Shown: in pieces, positions 48,901 through 57,330 of the stretch
Numbering within the stretch: position 1 is the stretch's first letter
How the letters are laid out: each line of letters starts with the position of its first letter
Origin: a virus
Taxonomy: Duplodnaviria > Caudoviricetes
IMG/VR virus record: IMGVR_UViG_3300028603_000038
Coordinates: 6,096 to 70,095 of that record
Length of the DNA stretch: 64,000 nucleotides
Strand: one strand, 5' to 3'
Program-made: the position numbers and the translations under genes
The notes under the pieces: generated by a model
What the model was told of the DNA's origin: nothing
The model's input: the letters and a program-made list of their open reading frames with translations, nothing else
Database searches by the model: none

Positions 48901-51156
48901 GTCGAAGCTTTCTTGGCTAACCCAATGTCTATTCCTATTTCTGAAAAGTTTTTAACTACCCCAGCAGACAGAATTTCCCCGAAAGGTAAGGAAGTAAATA
49001 AAATTCTTCGTGACCATATTATTCATGGGAAAATTTTGAGTGGTGGTGAAAAACTTTCTGGTAAAACTCTTATTTTCTGTAATACCCATGCATCTGTAGA
49101 GGGTATTTATAAATCTCTTGACGACGATATTAAGAAATACGTTTTTGTTTATTCTGCAAATCAAAAAGCAGAAGCTGAACAAAAATTTAATACTGACCCA
49201 AACATTAAAGCAATGATTGGTGTTTCTCAATCAATGGACACGGGTTTGAACTTGCAAGTTGCGGATTCTCTTATTCGTGTTGATACCGTGTGGACACCCG
49301 GACGTTTAGAACAAGGTAACGCACGTATTAATCGTCCTAAATTAAAAGGTGAAGACCCCCGTATGGTAACAGGTATTATCTGTTACTATATTTCCATTGA
49401 TAGAACTATCGACGTTGTTAAATTCGCCAAGCTTACTTCTAAGACTGTTCAACTTGCGCGTTTCTATAACGCTACAGGCGGAAGCAGTTTATTCCATGAT
49501 ACTGATTCACGTTACGATGATTTGGGTATCGACGATGACGGTAAATTAATTGAACCTATTCGTGTTACTCTTGATTTGCTTCGTGAAGGTTTATCTGGTG
49601 AAGAATTAGAACGTTATTTACTTCCTTATTCAAAGCTTCGTAAATTAGAACAAGATATTAATGGCGAATACATTGAAGACATGCGCCAGCAAGGTATTGA
49701 TGTAACCCAACGTATCGGTGTTAACCACACTGGTATTATTGAGGGTTCAAAAATTCTGCGCAATGTTCCTTACGTTAATGGTGTAACTGTACCTAATATG
49801 GATGAACTTGATCTTATTCCGTATCTTGAGTACAGAGAACAATGGCTTTCTGAACATGAGGGTAAAGTATTTAACCCGGAAGGTTTGTTAATTCATACTG
49901 AGTTCGGTGATGGTGTTTGCACACGTGAAGTGATTCGTAAACCACGTAAGCGTCGCAAACAAACTCCACAACAAGAAACTCAAGTATTCGACTTAACGCC
50001 AGAAGAAGTTACTTACGATACTGAGATTAATGATGAAGACTTGAAAGTTAAAGTAGAACAGACCGAATTCTCGGATACTATTTCAACTATCCGTGTTCAG
50101 TTCGATGACGGTACTTACGTTGATGTTCATCCTACTAAAGCTTTCGTTATTAATCGCAAGAAAATGGGAACGATGGAAATTCGTGACAGTCTTGCAAAAA
50201 TTACTGGTTTGGACGTTGAAGACATTCAATTAAAACGCTACCGCTCAGAAGCTGACGAAAAACGTGCAGCTAGAAGGCAGAAACGTTTAGCGGAACAGGA
50301 TGCGCGTAAGCGTAAAACTGAGGAACGTCGTGCAGCGAAACGTCAAGCTTTGGAAGAAAAGGAAAGAAGAAAACGTGAACGTGTTGAAAATATTAAACCT
50401 CTTTCACGTACAACTGTTCCTGATTTCCTCTCTGACGAAGACGACGAAGACGTTACTAACCAATTAGACATGAACATTGGTTTAGTTAACGGTATTCCTA
50501 CTGCTACGATTGCTATCGAAGACGCGTCAGACTATTTATCTACTTTCAGAAAATACGGTTTTGTTATCACGCCTGATTATTTGGCGTTACGACTGAAAAC
50601 CAAAACTGACATGTTTACTTTCCAAAATAAACTTTGGGATTTGCATGAAGCTGGTAAAATTGAATTAACTACTCAGGTTATTGACCAATGGTTAGATATT
50701 ACTGACCTTGCGGAAAAAACCGATGGTAGAAGTAAACGTTTGTTTGCAACTACACCAGTAACGCAAACAGACATTACTCGTTATATTCGTTCTACTATTA
50801 GAAAAGTAGCTAACCCTAAAATCTGTCGTGTACTTCCGTATATTACAGAGACTAACGGTAAAGTTGAAGTTTACGCTGTTCTTGATATGAAGGCGCATCA
50901 CGCTCCAGTAATTCAAGCTTTGCGTAGATTACGTGTACCGTCAGGACAAAAATGGGCGCTACATGAATCAGTACTTCGTTTGTATGCTAAAAACCGTTCG
51001 CAATTAAAAACTGCGGTCGCGGCAATGCATCGTGATGGTTGGGAATTTGAAGACACCGATTCTGTTGTTAAAGGTCTTAAAATGCTGAAAATGAAAGGCG
51101 GTGAGACTGAGCAGCAAAAGAAACGTAAGTCTTCAAAAGCCCCGAAGTCTAAATAA
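45952..51156 (+). CDS. Giant SNF2-family helicase/ATPase (1734 aa)
   Basis: ASAGGGKT, LVLCPNNL, WADESH, LLTGT and TGLNLQVAD..D..WTPG..EQG.ARI.R; about 640-aa unknown N-terminus; K/R/E coiled coil near the C-terminus. Confidence 0.9.
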   Translation: MFDLLPFKKKAVHNLVSASYNSDLYPKFNVRYEAKGSQTFKGEMPQKAPGTFLDLFSPDINEKAVKASYLDTMDARKNWSAGNVSNFYTFAALLDAYIQRLNQQMQNLGMKTSVNKVTSGVIADYIANASTALTKKIKVRRGANGFSIALPLATFKMSQLLYWYFSGTQDVTDDKYVKVDDRAQEVIGADRDFILNFLRVLNGAEIVLPVDLAVKGAKKLQPKTINRLPISPVFSKSASFVNEYFNGYLVSLEKDSEAFNPNGAIKKWFDDFLENSVEIYGFVTLPFDEAEYYIQDKKENIKDVDILRFFINWYSRQKTKRKYPTYSYKYDKLKELSVGYPEKNRTNESGLMVTPDNKINWVPRQSYFNDAYFSDFEQAVTNDRGSLSLDFTEGKNVPKNQLIYVDWINEKLSYSDSNAVINIMNLDTTYNVIPKSYVDIFTSTTMGDIIETVNSISRAMLALHNAGTQVPILNSNNLLAAVEADLSFDQYALRAIMNKYKGNNPLTIFVVRYLNFALHYEQMHADSVDEMPEWIQRKFSLFNMIVYGPQKFREVFVKVIDAAEKAFADDTNIINAINTPSLGVRGLISDFGVLKVLTEIMKFPQILQAHNATTAKNMNINDSEIDFSKPLEVKNLENLEALMYHQHKTGTKLATNPEFAIIRASAGGGKTLTAIMDIVDMLSKGLVKRPLVLCPNNLIKDYVKEANYFSRGKLNVIPIDSSVFKQYCEVPADVENNIPLTYEYSALKNLIVNAPINTIVVIGYDVISQSTSNHYDQMYGVRSFDAYSHLDMLVECKFDGVWADESHYLKGNPTQSYDSVRLYINRKLISHIKYRRLLTGTLASNNALDFIKQLELFNPSILGTYESFKAKYSDPEFKGGFQPRLDEHMDALAEIRKVISENCMFINVERKEWAAFLPKMHEQFIVGTMTPNQQKVYSILIKKAVEDIEEQMKADGVSLPEDSEEDEEALDNLFEAYSGNLWAVEAFLANPMSIPISEKFLTTPADRISPKGKEVNKILRDHIIHGKILSGGEKLSGKTLIFCNTHASVEGIYKSLDDDIKKYVFVYSANQKAEAEQKFNTDPNIKAMIGVSQSMDTGLNLQVADSLIRVDTVWTPGRLEQGNARINRPKLKGEDPRMVTGIICYYISIDRTIDVVKFAKLTSKTVQLARFYNATGGSSLFHDTDSRYDDLGIDDDGKLIEPIRVTLDLLREGLSGEELERYLLPYSKLRKLEQDINGEYIEDMRQQGIDVTQRIGVNHTGIIEGSKILRNVPYVNGVTVPNMDELDLIPYLEYREQWLSEHEGKVFNPEGLLIHTEFGDGVCTREVIRKPRKRRKQTPQQETQVFDLTPEEVTYDTEINDEDLKVKVEQTEFSDTISTIRVQFDDGTYVDVHPTKAFVINRKKMGTMEIRDSLAKITGLDVEDIQLKRYRSEADEKRAARRQKRLAEQDARKRKTEERRAAKRQALEEKERRKRERVENIKPLSRTTVPDFLSDEDDEDVTNQLDMNIGLVNGIPTATIAIEDASDYLSTFRKYGFVITPDYLALRLKTKTDMFTFQNKLWDLHEAGKIELTTQVIDQWLDITDLAEKTDGRSKRLFATTPVTQTDITRYIRSTIRKVANPKICRVLPYITETNGKVEVYAVLDMKAHHAPVIQALRRLRVPSGQKWALHESVLRLYAKNRSQLKTAVAAMHRDGWEFEDTDSVVKGLKMLKMKGGETEQQKKRKSSKAPKSK

Positions 51157-51176
51157 TTCAACTCAGGAGAAATAAA

Positions 51177-51662
51177 ATGAAAGACGCAGAAATTATTGCG
51201 ATGCAGAAATTTTTAGCTACCAAAAAAATCCCGGTGCCAGTCACCGGGATTATGGACAAGGCTACTACCTCTGCTTATCAAACTTATCGTGCCTCTTTAG
51301 GTGTACCGTATCCGGCGAATACCTATTTGCCTGCTACGCGTAATGACTTGCCACGAGATATGAAACTTTATGTAGACATGTGTCTCGATGAAGCGGATTC
51401 TCAGCAAGAAAATATTCAAGAAAATACTAATACTCCGTCTACCCAAGTAGACAATACGAATGATGAAACAGAAAATAGTACAGAAGACAATGGTCAGCAA
51501 CAGCAAGACTTAGATGAAGAAGATAATGAACAGGAAACTAGCGAGCAAAATGAAACTCAGCAAAGTTCCACTACAACTGATGATACCTCTACAGAAGTAA
51601 AAGTAGCAGATACAAAATCCGATGGTATTATTTCTAAATTAAGCAGCTTTGTTAAAAAGTAA
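51177..51662 (+). CDS. Peptidoglycan-binding-like domain protein with acidic tail
   Basis: MQKFL...VTGIMDKATTSAYQTY resembles the PG_binding_1 pattern; Q/E/N/T low-complexity tail. Confidence 0.55.
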   Translation: MKDAEIIAMQKFLATKKIPVPVTGIMDKATTSAYQTYRASLGVPYPANTYLPATRNDLPRDMKLYVDMCLDEADSQQENIQENTNTPSTQVDNTNDETENSTEDNGQQQQDLDEEDNEQETSEQNETQQSSTTTDDTSTEVKVADTKSDGIISKLSSFVKK

Positions 51663-51673
51663 TCCCTCGTTTG

Positions 51674-51707
51674 GCCCGGTTAGGTTCCCCGCCGCCGGGC
51701 TTTTTTT
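51674..51707 (+). terminator. Rho-independent terminator
   Basis: GCCCGG...CCGGGC followed by T7. Confidence 0.75.
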
Positions 51708-51731
51708 AACACAGGCAAACTGGGAACTAAG

Positions 51732-52595
51732 ATGGATACTAAAAACTGGTGGGAAACCTTAACTAAAAAACAGCAAGAAGAGTATTTAAAAGAACATCCT
51801 AACTCAAAAAGAAAAGTAACCAAAAAAGATATTAAGGTTCACAAACCTGTTAGTAAACCAACGCCTAAAAAACCAGTTAAAACTAAAAAGCATTCAACAC
51901 AGTCTACTAAATTTAAAAAGTGGTTCGGTGCGTCTAAAGTAAAAGACGATGACGGTCGCCCAAAAGTTGTTTATCATGGTACGCCTTTTGCAAACAAACT
52001 AGTTAAATTCAACAGCAACCCTAAAGTAAAAGGGGTAGATCAATTAGGTAGCGGTTTTTATTTCACTACTGCACAGCATGACGCTAATGCGTACACTGTA
52101 AAAAAAGAATTTCAAAAAGACGAGGAATACTCTCCCGGCGTTATTCCTGTTTATTTAAGCATTAAAAAGCCTATTAAGTTATCTGCACGTGAAAATCTAT
52201 CTGACGCTAAACTACCTATTTCAAAAAGAGCAATTATGATTATGATTAAACGTAGTCATAAAATACACGGCTTCGACAATTCTCCATTGTGGAATTATAT
52301 AGACCTCAGCAGTGAACAAATTACAGATAGCAAAATTGAGCAAATAGCTGACAACTATATGGATAACCCCTTCACCTTGGAAAATGATTTTTTCGACGGT
52401 CATGAAGACAAATTTCGTGCGGCTATTTACCAGTTCACTAACCATGATGGTATTATGCAGGAAAAAGATGACGGGATTACTCATTATGTAGCATGGTTCC
52501 CTTGGCAAATAAAATCTGCATTAGCTAACGTAGGTTCTTTTTCAAAAGACGAAGACGATATTACTGCCAGTTTATCAAGCGAAGAAAGCGAGTAA
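51732..52595 (+). CDS. ADP-ribosyltransferase-like protein (ART-PolyVal type) with N-terminal WW extension
   Basis: FKKWFGASKVKDDDGRPKVVYHGT, GSGFYFT, VIPVYLSIKKP, DGI and P.QIKSA match the pattern of the polyvalent-protein ART family. Confidence 0.75.
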   Translation: MDTKNWWETLTKKQQEEYLKEHPNSKRKVTKKDIKVHKPVSKPTPKKPVKTKKHSTQSTKFKKWFGASKVKDDDGRPKVVYHGTPFANKLVKFNSNPKVKGVDQLGSGFYFTTAQHDANAYTVKKEFQKDEEYSPGVIPVYLSIKKPIKLSARENLSDAKLPISKRAIMIMIKRSHKIHGFDNSPLWNYIDLSSEQITDSKIEQIADNYMDNPFTLENDFFDGHEDKFRAAIYQFTNHDGIMQEKDDGITHYVAWFPWQIKSALANVGSFSKDEDDITASLSSEESE

Positions 52596-52624
52596 AAAAG
52601 GCCAGCAAATTTGCTGGCCTTTTT
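52595..52624. terminator. Rho-independent terminator (bidirectional-type)
   Basis: AAAAAGGCCAGCAAA-T-TTGCTGGCCTTTTT. Confidence 0.85.
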
Positions 52625-52635
52625 GTTTTCCAATA

Positions 52636-52645
52636 CTGTAAAGTG
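52636..52645 (+). promoter_or_regulatory. Promoter-like motif A upstream of the DNA polymerase gene
   Basis: CTGTAAAGTG just after a terminator and 34 nt before the ATG. Confidence 0.65.
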
Positions 52646-52679
52646 TTTGAACTAGTCACGTTATCAAACAGGTAGTATC

Positions 52680-55600
52680 ATGCTTTTCAAAAACAACACT
52701 TATGAATTACGTGAATATATAAATAAAGTCCCAAGTAAATTCGATAAGGAAGAAGAAAAACCTTTTAACCTAAGAATACCTATTACGTCTGGTTGGGAAG
52801 AATACGACACCCGTGTTCTTTTTATCTGTGGTCACATTCACCCGGAAGATATTAAATGCCGCCAACTTTTAGTTGAAGATGGTCCGGCTAATGGTTGCTT
52901 GAATAATCTAATTAGTCACGCTATTTATACTGCTAACACTCAGTGGTCACGGAAACTAAAAAATAAAGACTTTGGCGTTGCTGCTATTAACTTTAACTTT
53001 TTCAAGAATTACCACTTGGAAAAAGGTGCTCGTCGTAAGTCAGACCAATACAGTGCAAAACGTATAAACAAATACATTGAAAAAATTAAGCCATCCCATA
53101 TTGTAGTTTTTGGTGCGTTACCTGCATTGAGTTTGTTTGGCGAAGATTCTCTGTTCGACGTACTTATTGTGAAGGACAGAGAATACAACGATAAAAAAAT
53201 CCCTACTGTAATTTGTCCTGACTTTGCTCACGCGCTAGACAATCAGAACACAGGTGCGCTTGAAGCGTCTGACGATGAAAAAGCGTTATCTCACGTTTAT
53301 AATTTGGGACTGATCGGACCCGCTATTGCAGCTTTGATGACTGGTGATTATCCTTGGAAAATTGAAAAGACCAAGATTAAACCAGTACTCATTGATTCTG
53401 TAAAAAAGTTCGACAAGTTTTATAAAAAACTTATTACCAAAAAAATTGTTGCTGTGGATACAGAAGGCACCAGCCTGTCTGCACATCTTAACAGGTTCCA
53501 AACTTTGCAGTTCGCTTTTGATAAAAAGAAGTGTTATGTCGTTCCGATGTACCACAGGGACACAACTTTTTCTAAGAAAGATTTTGACTACATAATGAAT
53601 AAACTTCGTTTGTTCTTTATGAAAGAAGTACCTAATGATGGTGAGCATTACTTACTAGGATATAACTTGAAGTACGATATTAAAGTACTTCGAGTAGGTT
53701 TCAAAATACCTTTTGTGTATTGGCCGGTTTACGATCTTATGGCAGGCGAACACCAGTTAAATGAAAACATGGTTTCGCTTTCTTCTTTCATTGATAAACT
53801 GCCTCAAGTTTATAAGTCGGATAAAGTAAAAGAAGCTAAGAAACATCTTGGCTTGGCAATGGTAGCACGTAGGTATGGCGATGATTTTTATTTCACGCAT
53901 GAATTCTCTAAAGCGCAACGTGTAACTATTGCAGCTAACCCTTTGTCAAAACCAGTACTCGAATACTGTTCCGCCGACGTTCAGTTACTGTTTCCGATTC
54001 GTGACGCACAATATAAACGTGCGGAACTAGATTGTTATACTGAGGGTAAAAAGAAACGTACTTTTAAAGACGCGTTTCACCGTATGGTTCTTTTTCAAAT
54101 GTCTAATAATATACATGATTTTGCCTCTATGGAAATTAATGGGTTCTTTACGTCGCGCTCACGACTAAGGGAATTGAAAAAACGTGGTGGTACTTTTGAT
54201 ACTGCTATGCGTGAAACTCTTAAAGAAATGTACGATACCAAAGAAGTAAAAACTGCTAACAAGATTCTTCTGGAGAACAAAGGTATCTCAAAGGGTAGTA
54301 ATACTTTGTTTGACCCTTGGTTTTTTGATATTAACAAAGCAGAACACGTGCGTACTCTTTTTGTAGATGTCATGGGGTTAGAACCCCCAATATCAAAAAA
54401 AGGTAATATGTCTTTCGGTAAAGACTTTAAAAATATGTTTAAAGAAACTTTTCCGATTGTTGAAATGTACGCAAACATTACTTCTTTTAAACAGTTGAAA
54501 AGTACCTTCGTTAACAAGTTTGCGGAATACATGGATTCGCAACAAGGTAGAATTACACATTCTATTATTCCAGATTTTGGTTTTGCAACTATTGTTACTG
54601 GCCGTGGTAATTCATCGAAACCTTCCCTTATGCAAGTTCCTGAACACGGTAAAATGGCTAAGGTTATTAAGGCTGTGTTTGTTACCAAAAAAGGCAAGTT
54701 AAAAGTAAAGATGGACTACTCTGCGCACGAAGTTCGCTGCTGGGGTATTGCAGCTAACGATAAGAAGCTAGCTGCACTATTTATGCAAGGTTTTGAACTT
54801 CGACAAAAGTTATTTGATGCAACAGGAAAAACTGCTAAGAAAATTTTGAAGAAACTCGCTTTGGTTGGTGATATTCACCGCGTTAACGGTTCATTCTTCT
54901 TTGGAGTGGCTGTTGACAAAGTAGATGATGAAATGCGCCAAGGTACAAAGGGTGTAGTTTTCGGCGCTATTTACGGTCGTGCTGCTGCAACTCTTGCCAA
55001 GCAGTTAAATAAAGCTAAAGAATATGCAGAAAATCTTTACGGTATGTTCTTTGGTCGTTACGTAAAAGCAAAAGCGTGGCTAGATAACGCAGAAGACCAA
55101 GCAGAACAACTTGGGTTTTCTAATTCACCTATTGGTAGACGTAGACGTTTGATTGGCGGATTTTTAACTGGCTTGCAAGATATTATTGCAGCTATGCGCC
55201 GCCGAGCCAAGAATGCGCCTATTCAGGGTGTTGCTGCTGACTACGGTCACACTGGTGCACGTTTATTCGAGCAACATATTTTGGAATTCGCTAGAAAATT
55301 TGGAGACTTCGATAGATACAGTGAACTATCACCTGCTGAACTAGACGTAATGGTTCATGACTCTATTTATTCTCAGGTTGATTTTCTTTATGTACTTCCT
55401 TCTATGTTTATTATGCAGTGGTGCGCTACCGAAGGTGTTCGTATTTATTACGAAGAAAAGTTTAATGTAAAGTTTAACGTACCTCTTGAAATTGAAGAAG
55501 AAGTCGGTACGGATAACGCCAAACTCTATAAATGGAATTGGCAATGGACAGATGATAAATTAGATTTGGAAGGTGTACATAAAAAGGCGATGCCTATTAC

Positions 55601-55763
55601 TTTTGCTATTGATAAAGCACTTGATGACTACTTGGAACTTTACCCAGAGGAAGTTAAGAACAAGAAAGAGATTAAAAAGCAACTCTACTATTTTTGGAAC
55701 AAAAAAGACGTTCGTGATTATTTGATGAAAACCTACCCTATAATGCCTAAATTTAAACATTAA
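52680..55763 (+). CDS. Family A DNA polymerase with N-terminal UDG-like domain and 3'-5' exonuclease
   Basis: Exo I AVDTEGT, Exo II GYNLKYD and Exo III YCSAD; pol motif A MDYSAHEVR, motif B RQGTKGVVFGAIYG and motif C VHDS; N-terminal KIKPSHIVVFG UDG-like pattern. Confidence 0.95.
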   Translation: MLFKNNTYELREYINKVPSKFDKEEEKPFNLRIPITSGWEEYDTRVLFICGHIHPEDIKCRQLLVEDGPANGCLNNLISHAIYTANTQWSRKLKNKDFGVAAINFNFFKNYHLEKGARRKSDQYSAKRINKYIEKIKPSHIVVFGALPALSLFGEDSLFDVLIVKDREYNDKKIPTVICPDFAHALDNQNTGALEASDDEKALSHVYNLGLIGPAIAALMTGDYPWKIEKTKIKPVLIDSVKKFDKFYKKLITKKIVAVDTEGTSLSAHLNRFQTLQFAFDKKKCYVVPMYHRDTTFSKKDFDYIMNKLRLFFMKEVPNDGEHYLLGYNLKYDIKVLRVGFKIPFVYWPVYDLMAGEHQLNENMVSLSSFIDKLPQVYKSDKVKEAKKHLGLAMVARRYGDDFYFTHEFSKAQRVTIAANPLSKPVLEYCSADVQLLFPIRDAQYKRAELDCYTEGKKKRTFKDAFHRMVLFQMSNNIHDFASMEINGFFTSRSRLRELKKRGGTFDTAMRETLKEMYDTKEVKTANKILLENKGISKGSNTLFDPWFFDINKAEHVRTLFVDVMGLEPPISKKGNMSFGKDFKNMFKETFPIVEMYANITSFKQLKSTFVNKFAEYMDSQQGRITHSIIPDFGFATIVTGRGNSSKPSLMQVPEHGKMAKVIKAVFVTKKGKLKVKMDYSAHEVRCWGIAANDKKLAALFMQGFELRQKLFDATGKTAKKILKKLALVGDIHRVNGSFFFGVAVDKVDDEMRQGTKGVVFGAIYGRAAATLAKQLNKAKEYAENLYGMFFGRYVKAKAWLDNAEDQAEQLGFSNSPIGRRRRLIGGFLTGLQDIIAAMRRRAKNAPIQGVAADYGHTGARLFEQHILEFARKFGDFDRYSELSPAELDVMVHDSIYSQVDFLYVLPSMFIMQWCATEGVRIYYEEKFNVKFNVPLEIEEEVGTDNAKLYKWNWQWTDDKLDLEGVHKKAMPITFAIDKALDDYLELYPEEVKNKKEIKKQLYYFWNKKDVRDYLMKTYPIMPKFKH

Positions 55764-55793
55764 CCGTTAACCATAAAAATAAGGAACTACAAA

Positions 55794-56552
55794 ATGCAAT
55801 ATCAAGTTATCACAGATATTTTGGATAAAATTTTTCTTGAGTTTCAATGGTCAGATACAAAAAAGAAACAGGTAAATAATAAAGAACTTGGACAGATACG
55901 AAGATTCGTTGAAGATAACACCTCACCGTATTTGAAATTCATTCAAGCCATACGTCCTATACGTAATAAGTTCTTTACTCCAGAACTCGGAAGTCATAGT
56001 AAAATTAAGTCGCCTAACGGAAGTACTTTTGCAAAATACGAGAAGAATTCATCAATTTTTAATACTGTTGATGTTTGTATTTTTTCCTCTGCGCAAAGTG
56101 CCAACATTAGTGACATCAACGCGGCTATTACTGATTTTCTGGAATACGAACCTAACCTTTTAGCTGAATGCATTTTTAACTCAAATGTTGGTACTGTATC
56201 CAAGCAACCTAAGCTTGCCAATTTTTTGTGCTCGCTTTTATACAATAACCTTTCAAAAACTATAGACGTAGTTAAGCAAGGTCAACCTCACAAACTTAGC
56301 CCTTTGTTGGTTATAGGAAAAGAAGACTCTCATATTGATTCTCAAGATGGTATGGATTACGTGCTTGGCGTACCTTACTTGCAAGTTGAAAGTCTTCCAC
56401 CTACTAATCAAATTGCAGCTTTTGTTAACACGATTCCCAAATCTCAATCACTTACTTTAACTTACAACGAAGGTATATTCACGCTACTTATGCATTCTTA
56501 CTATGCAAATATAAGTCAGTATCGTGTGTACCTTGGGAGCAACGAAAGATGA
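55794..56552 (+). CDS. Hypothetical protein
   Basis: ORF with SD in the replication operon. Confidence 0.7.
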   Translation: MQYQVITDILDKIFLEFQWSDTKKKQVNNKELGQIRRFVEDNTSPYLKFIQAIRPIRNKFFTPELGSHSKIKSPNGSTFAKYEKNSSIFNTVDVCIFSSAQSANISDINAAITDFLEYEPNLLAECIFNSNVGTVSKQPKLANFLCSLLYNNLSKTIDVVKQGQPHKLSPLLVIGKEDSHIDSQDGMDYVLGVPYLQVESLPPTNQIAAFVNTIPKSQSLTLTYNEGIFTLLMHSYYANISQYRVYLGSNER

Positions 56553-57328
56553 AAAACATTATTACAGGTGGTGTATTTTTACATGCGCCTAAAACTGCAA
56601 ACATATCTCCATTCCTTCGTGTGTTTGGAAACAACAGTAATTTCGTTTTCCACAACACGGAAAATCTTGTACTGCAACCTTTTGACTTTAAATCCAAAGT
56701 AAAGACAGGCGCATTCTTTTTGGCTCACGAAAGTGTACCAGCTATTATTCACGTACCTCAGAAAGCCGCAACTATTTATGGTACTACTGTAGGTAATATT
56801 CATGCTGATCTGGTTAAAGATCAAAACATGGACTACCATTATTTTTTCCCTAATAAGTTAATGCGTCTTAAAAATGAAGACAACTTGAAGTACCGTGATG
56901 CGGTTAAAAAATATATTCAGCAGAGTGTAGACACTGAGTACTATACTACTTTGATTTTTAGTAAATTTAGCACTCGATCTAACATAAGCATTCTTGCGAA
57001 TCTTATTTCCGTAAACTGGTTTATCGTCAGCCATCGTGGCTGTAGCTTACTTATCTGGTCTAATGAAGAACTCGAAGTATTTAAACAAGTTGCACAAGAC
57101 TACAGCATTGACATGAAGATTGAACTAGTTTGTACAACTGCCGTAGATACTTCGGTTACTTTCTTACCTGTGTATTTGTCTAATACTTGGATTCGCTGGT
57201 TCTCCGCTGTTCGTAACTTGGAAAATTATGAAGAGATTCTTAAAAATAATCTTCGTAACGTTATTTATCACAAAATTATCGACAACGAAGAATCTTTCGA
57301 TGACTATGACTGTAAGTTAGAGGACTAA
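56549..57328 (+). CDS. Hypothetical protein
   Basis: Coupled ORF. Confidence 0.7.
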   Translation: MKNIITGGVFLHAPKTANISPFLRVFGNNSNFVFHNTENLVLQPFDFKSKVKTGAFFLAHESVPAIIHVPQKAATIYGTTVGNIHADLVKDQNMDYHYFFPNKLMRLKNEDNLKYRDAVKKYIQQSVDTEYYTTLIFSKFSTRSNISILANLISVNWFIVSHRGCSLLIWSNEELEVFKQVAQDYSIDMKIELVCTTAVDTSVTFLPVYLSNTWIRWFSAVRNLENYEEILKNNLRNVIYHKIIDNEESFDDYDCKLED

Positions 57329-57330
57329 TT

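Noticed and set aside
49860-50150. Possible intein or insertion in the SNF2 C-terminal region
   Set aside because: No Cys/Ser block A or HN block G; it looks like a small beta-barrel with a charged loop.
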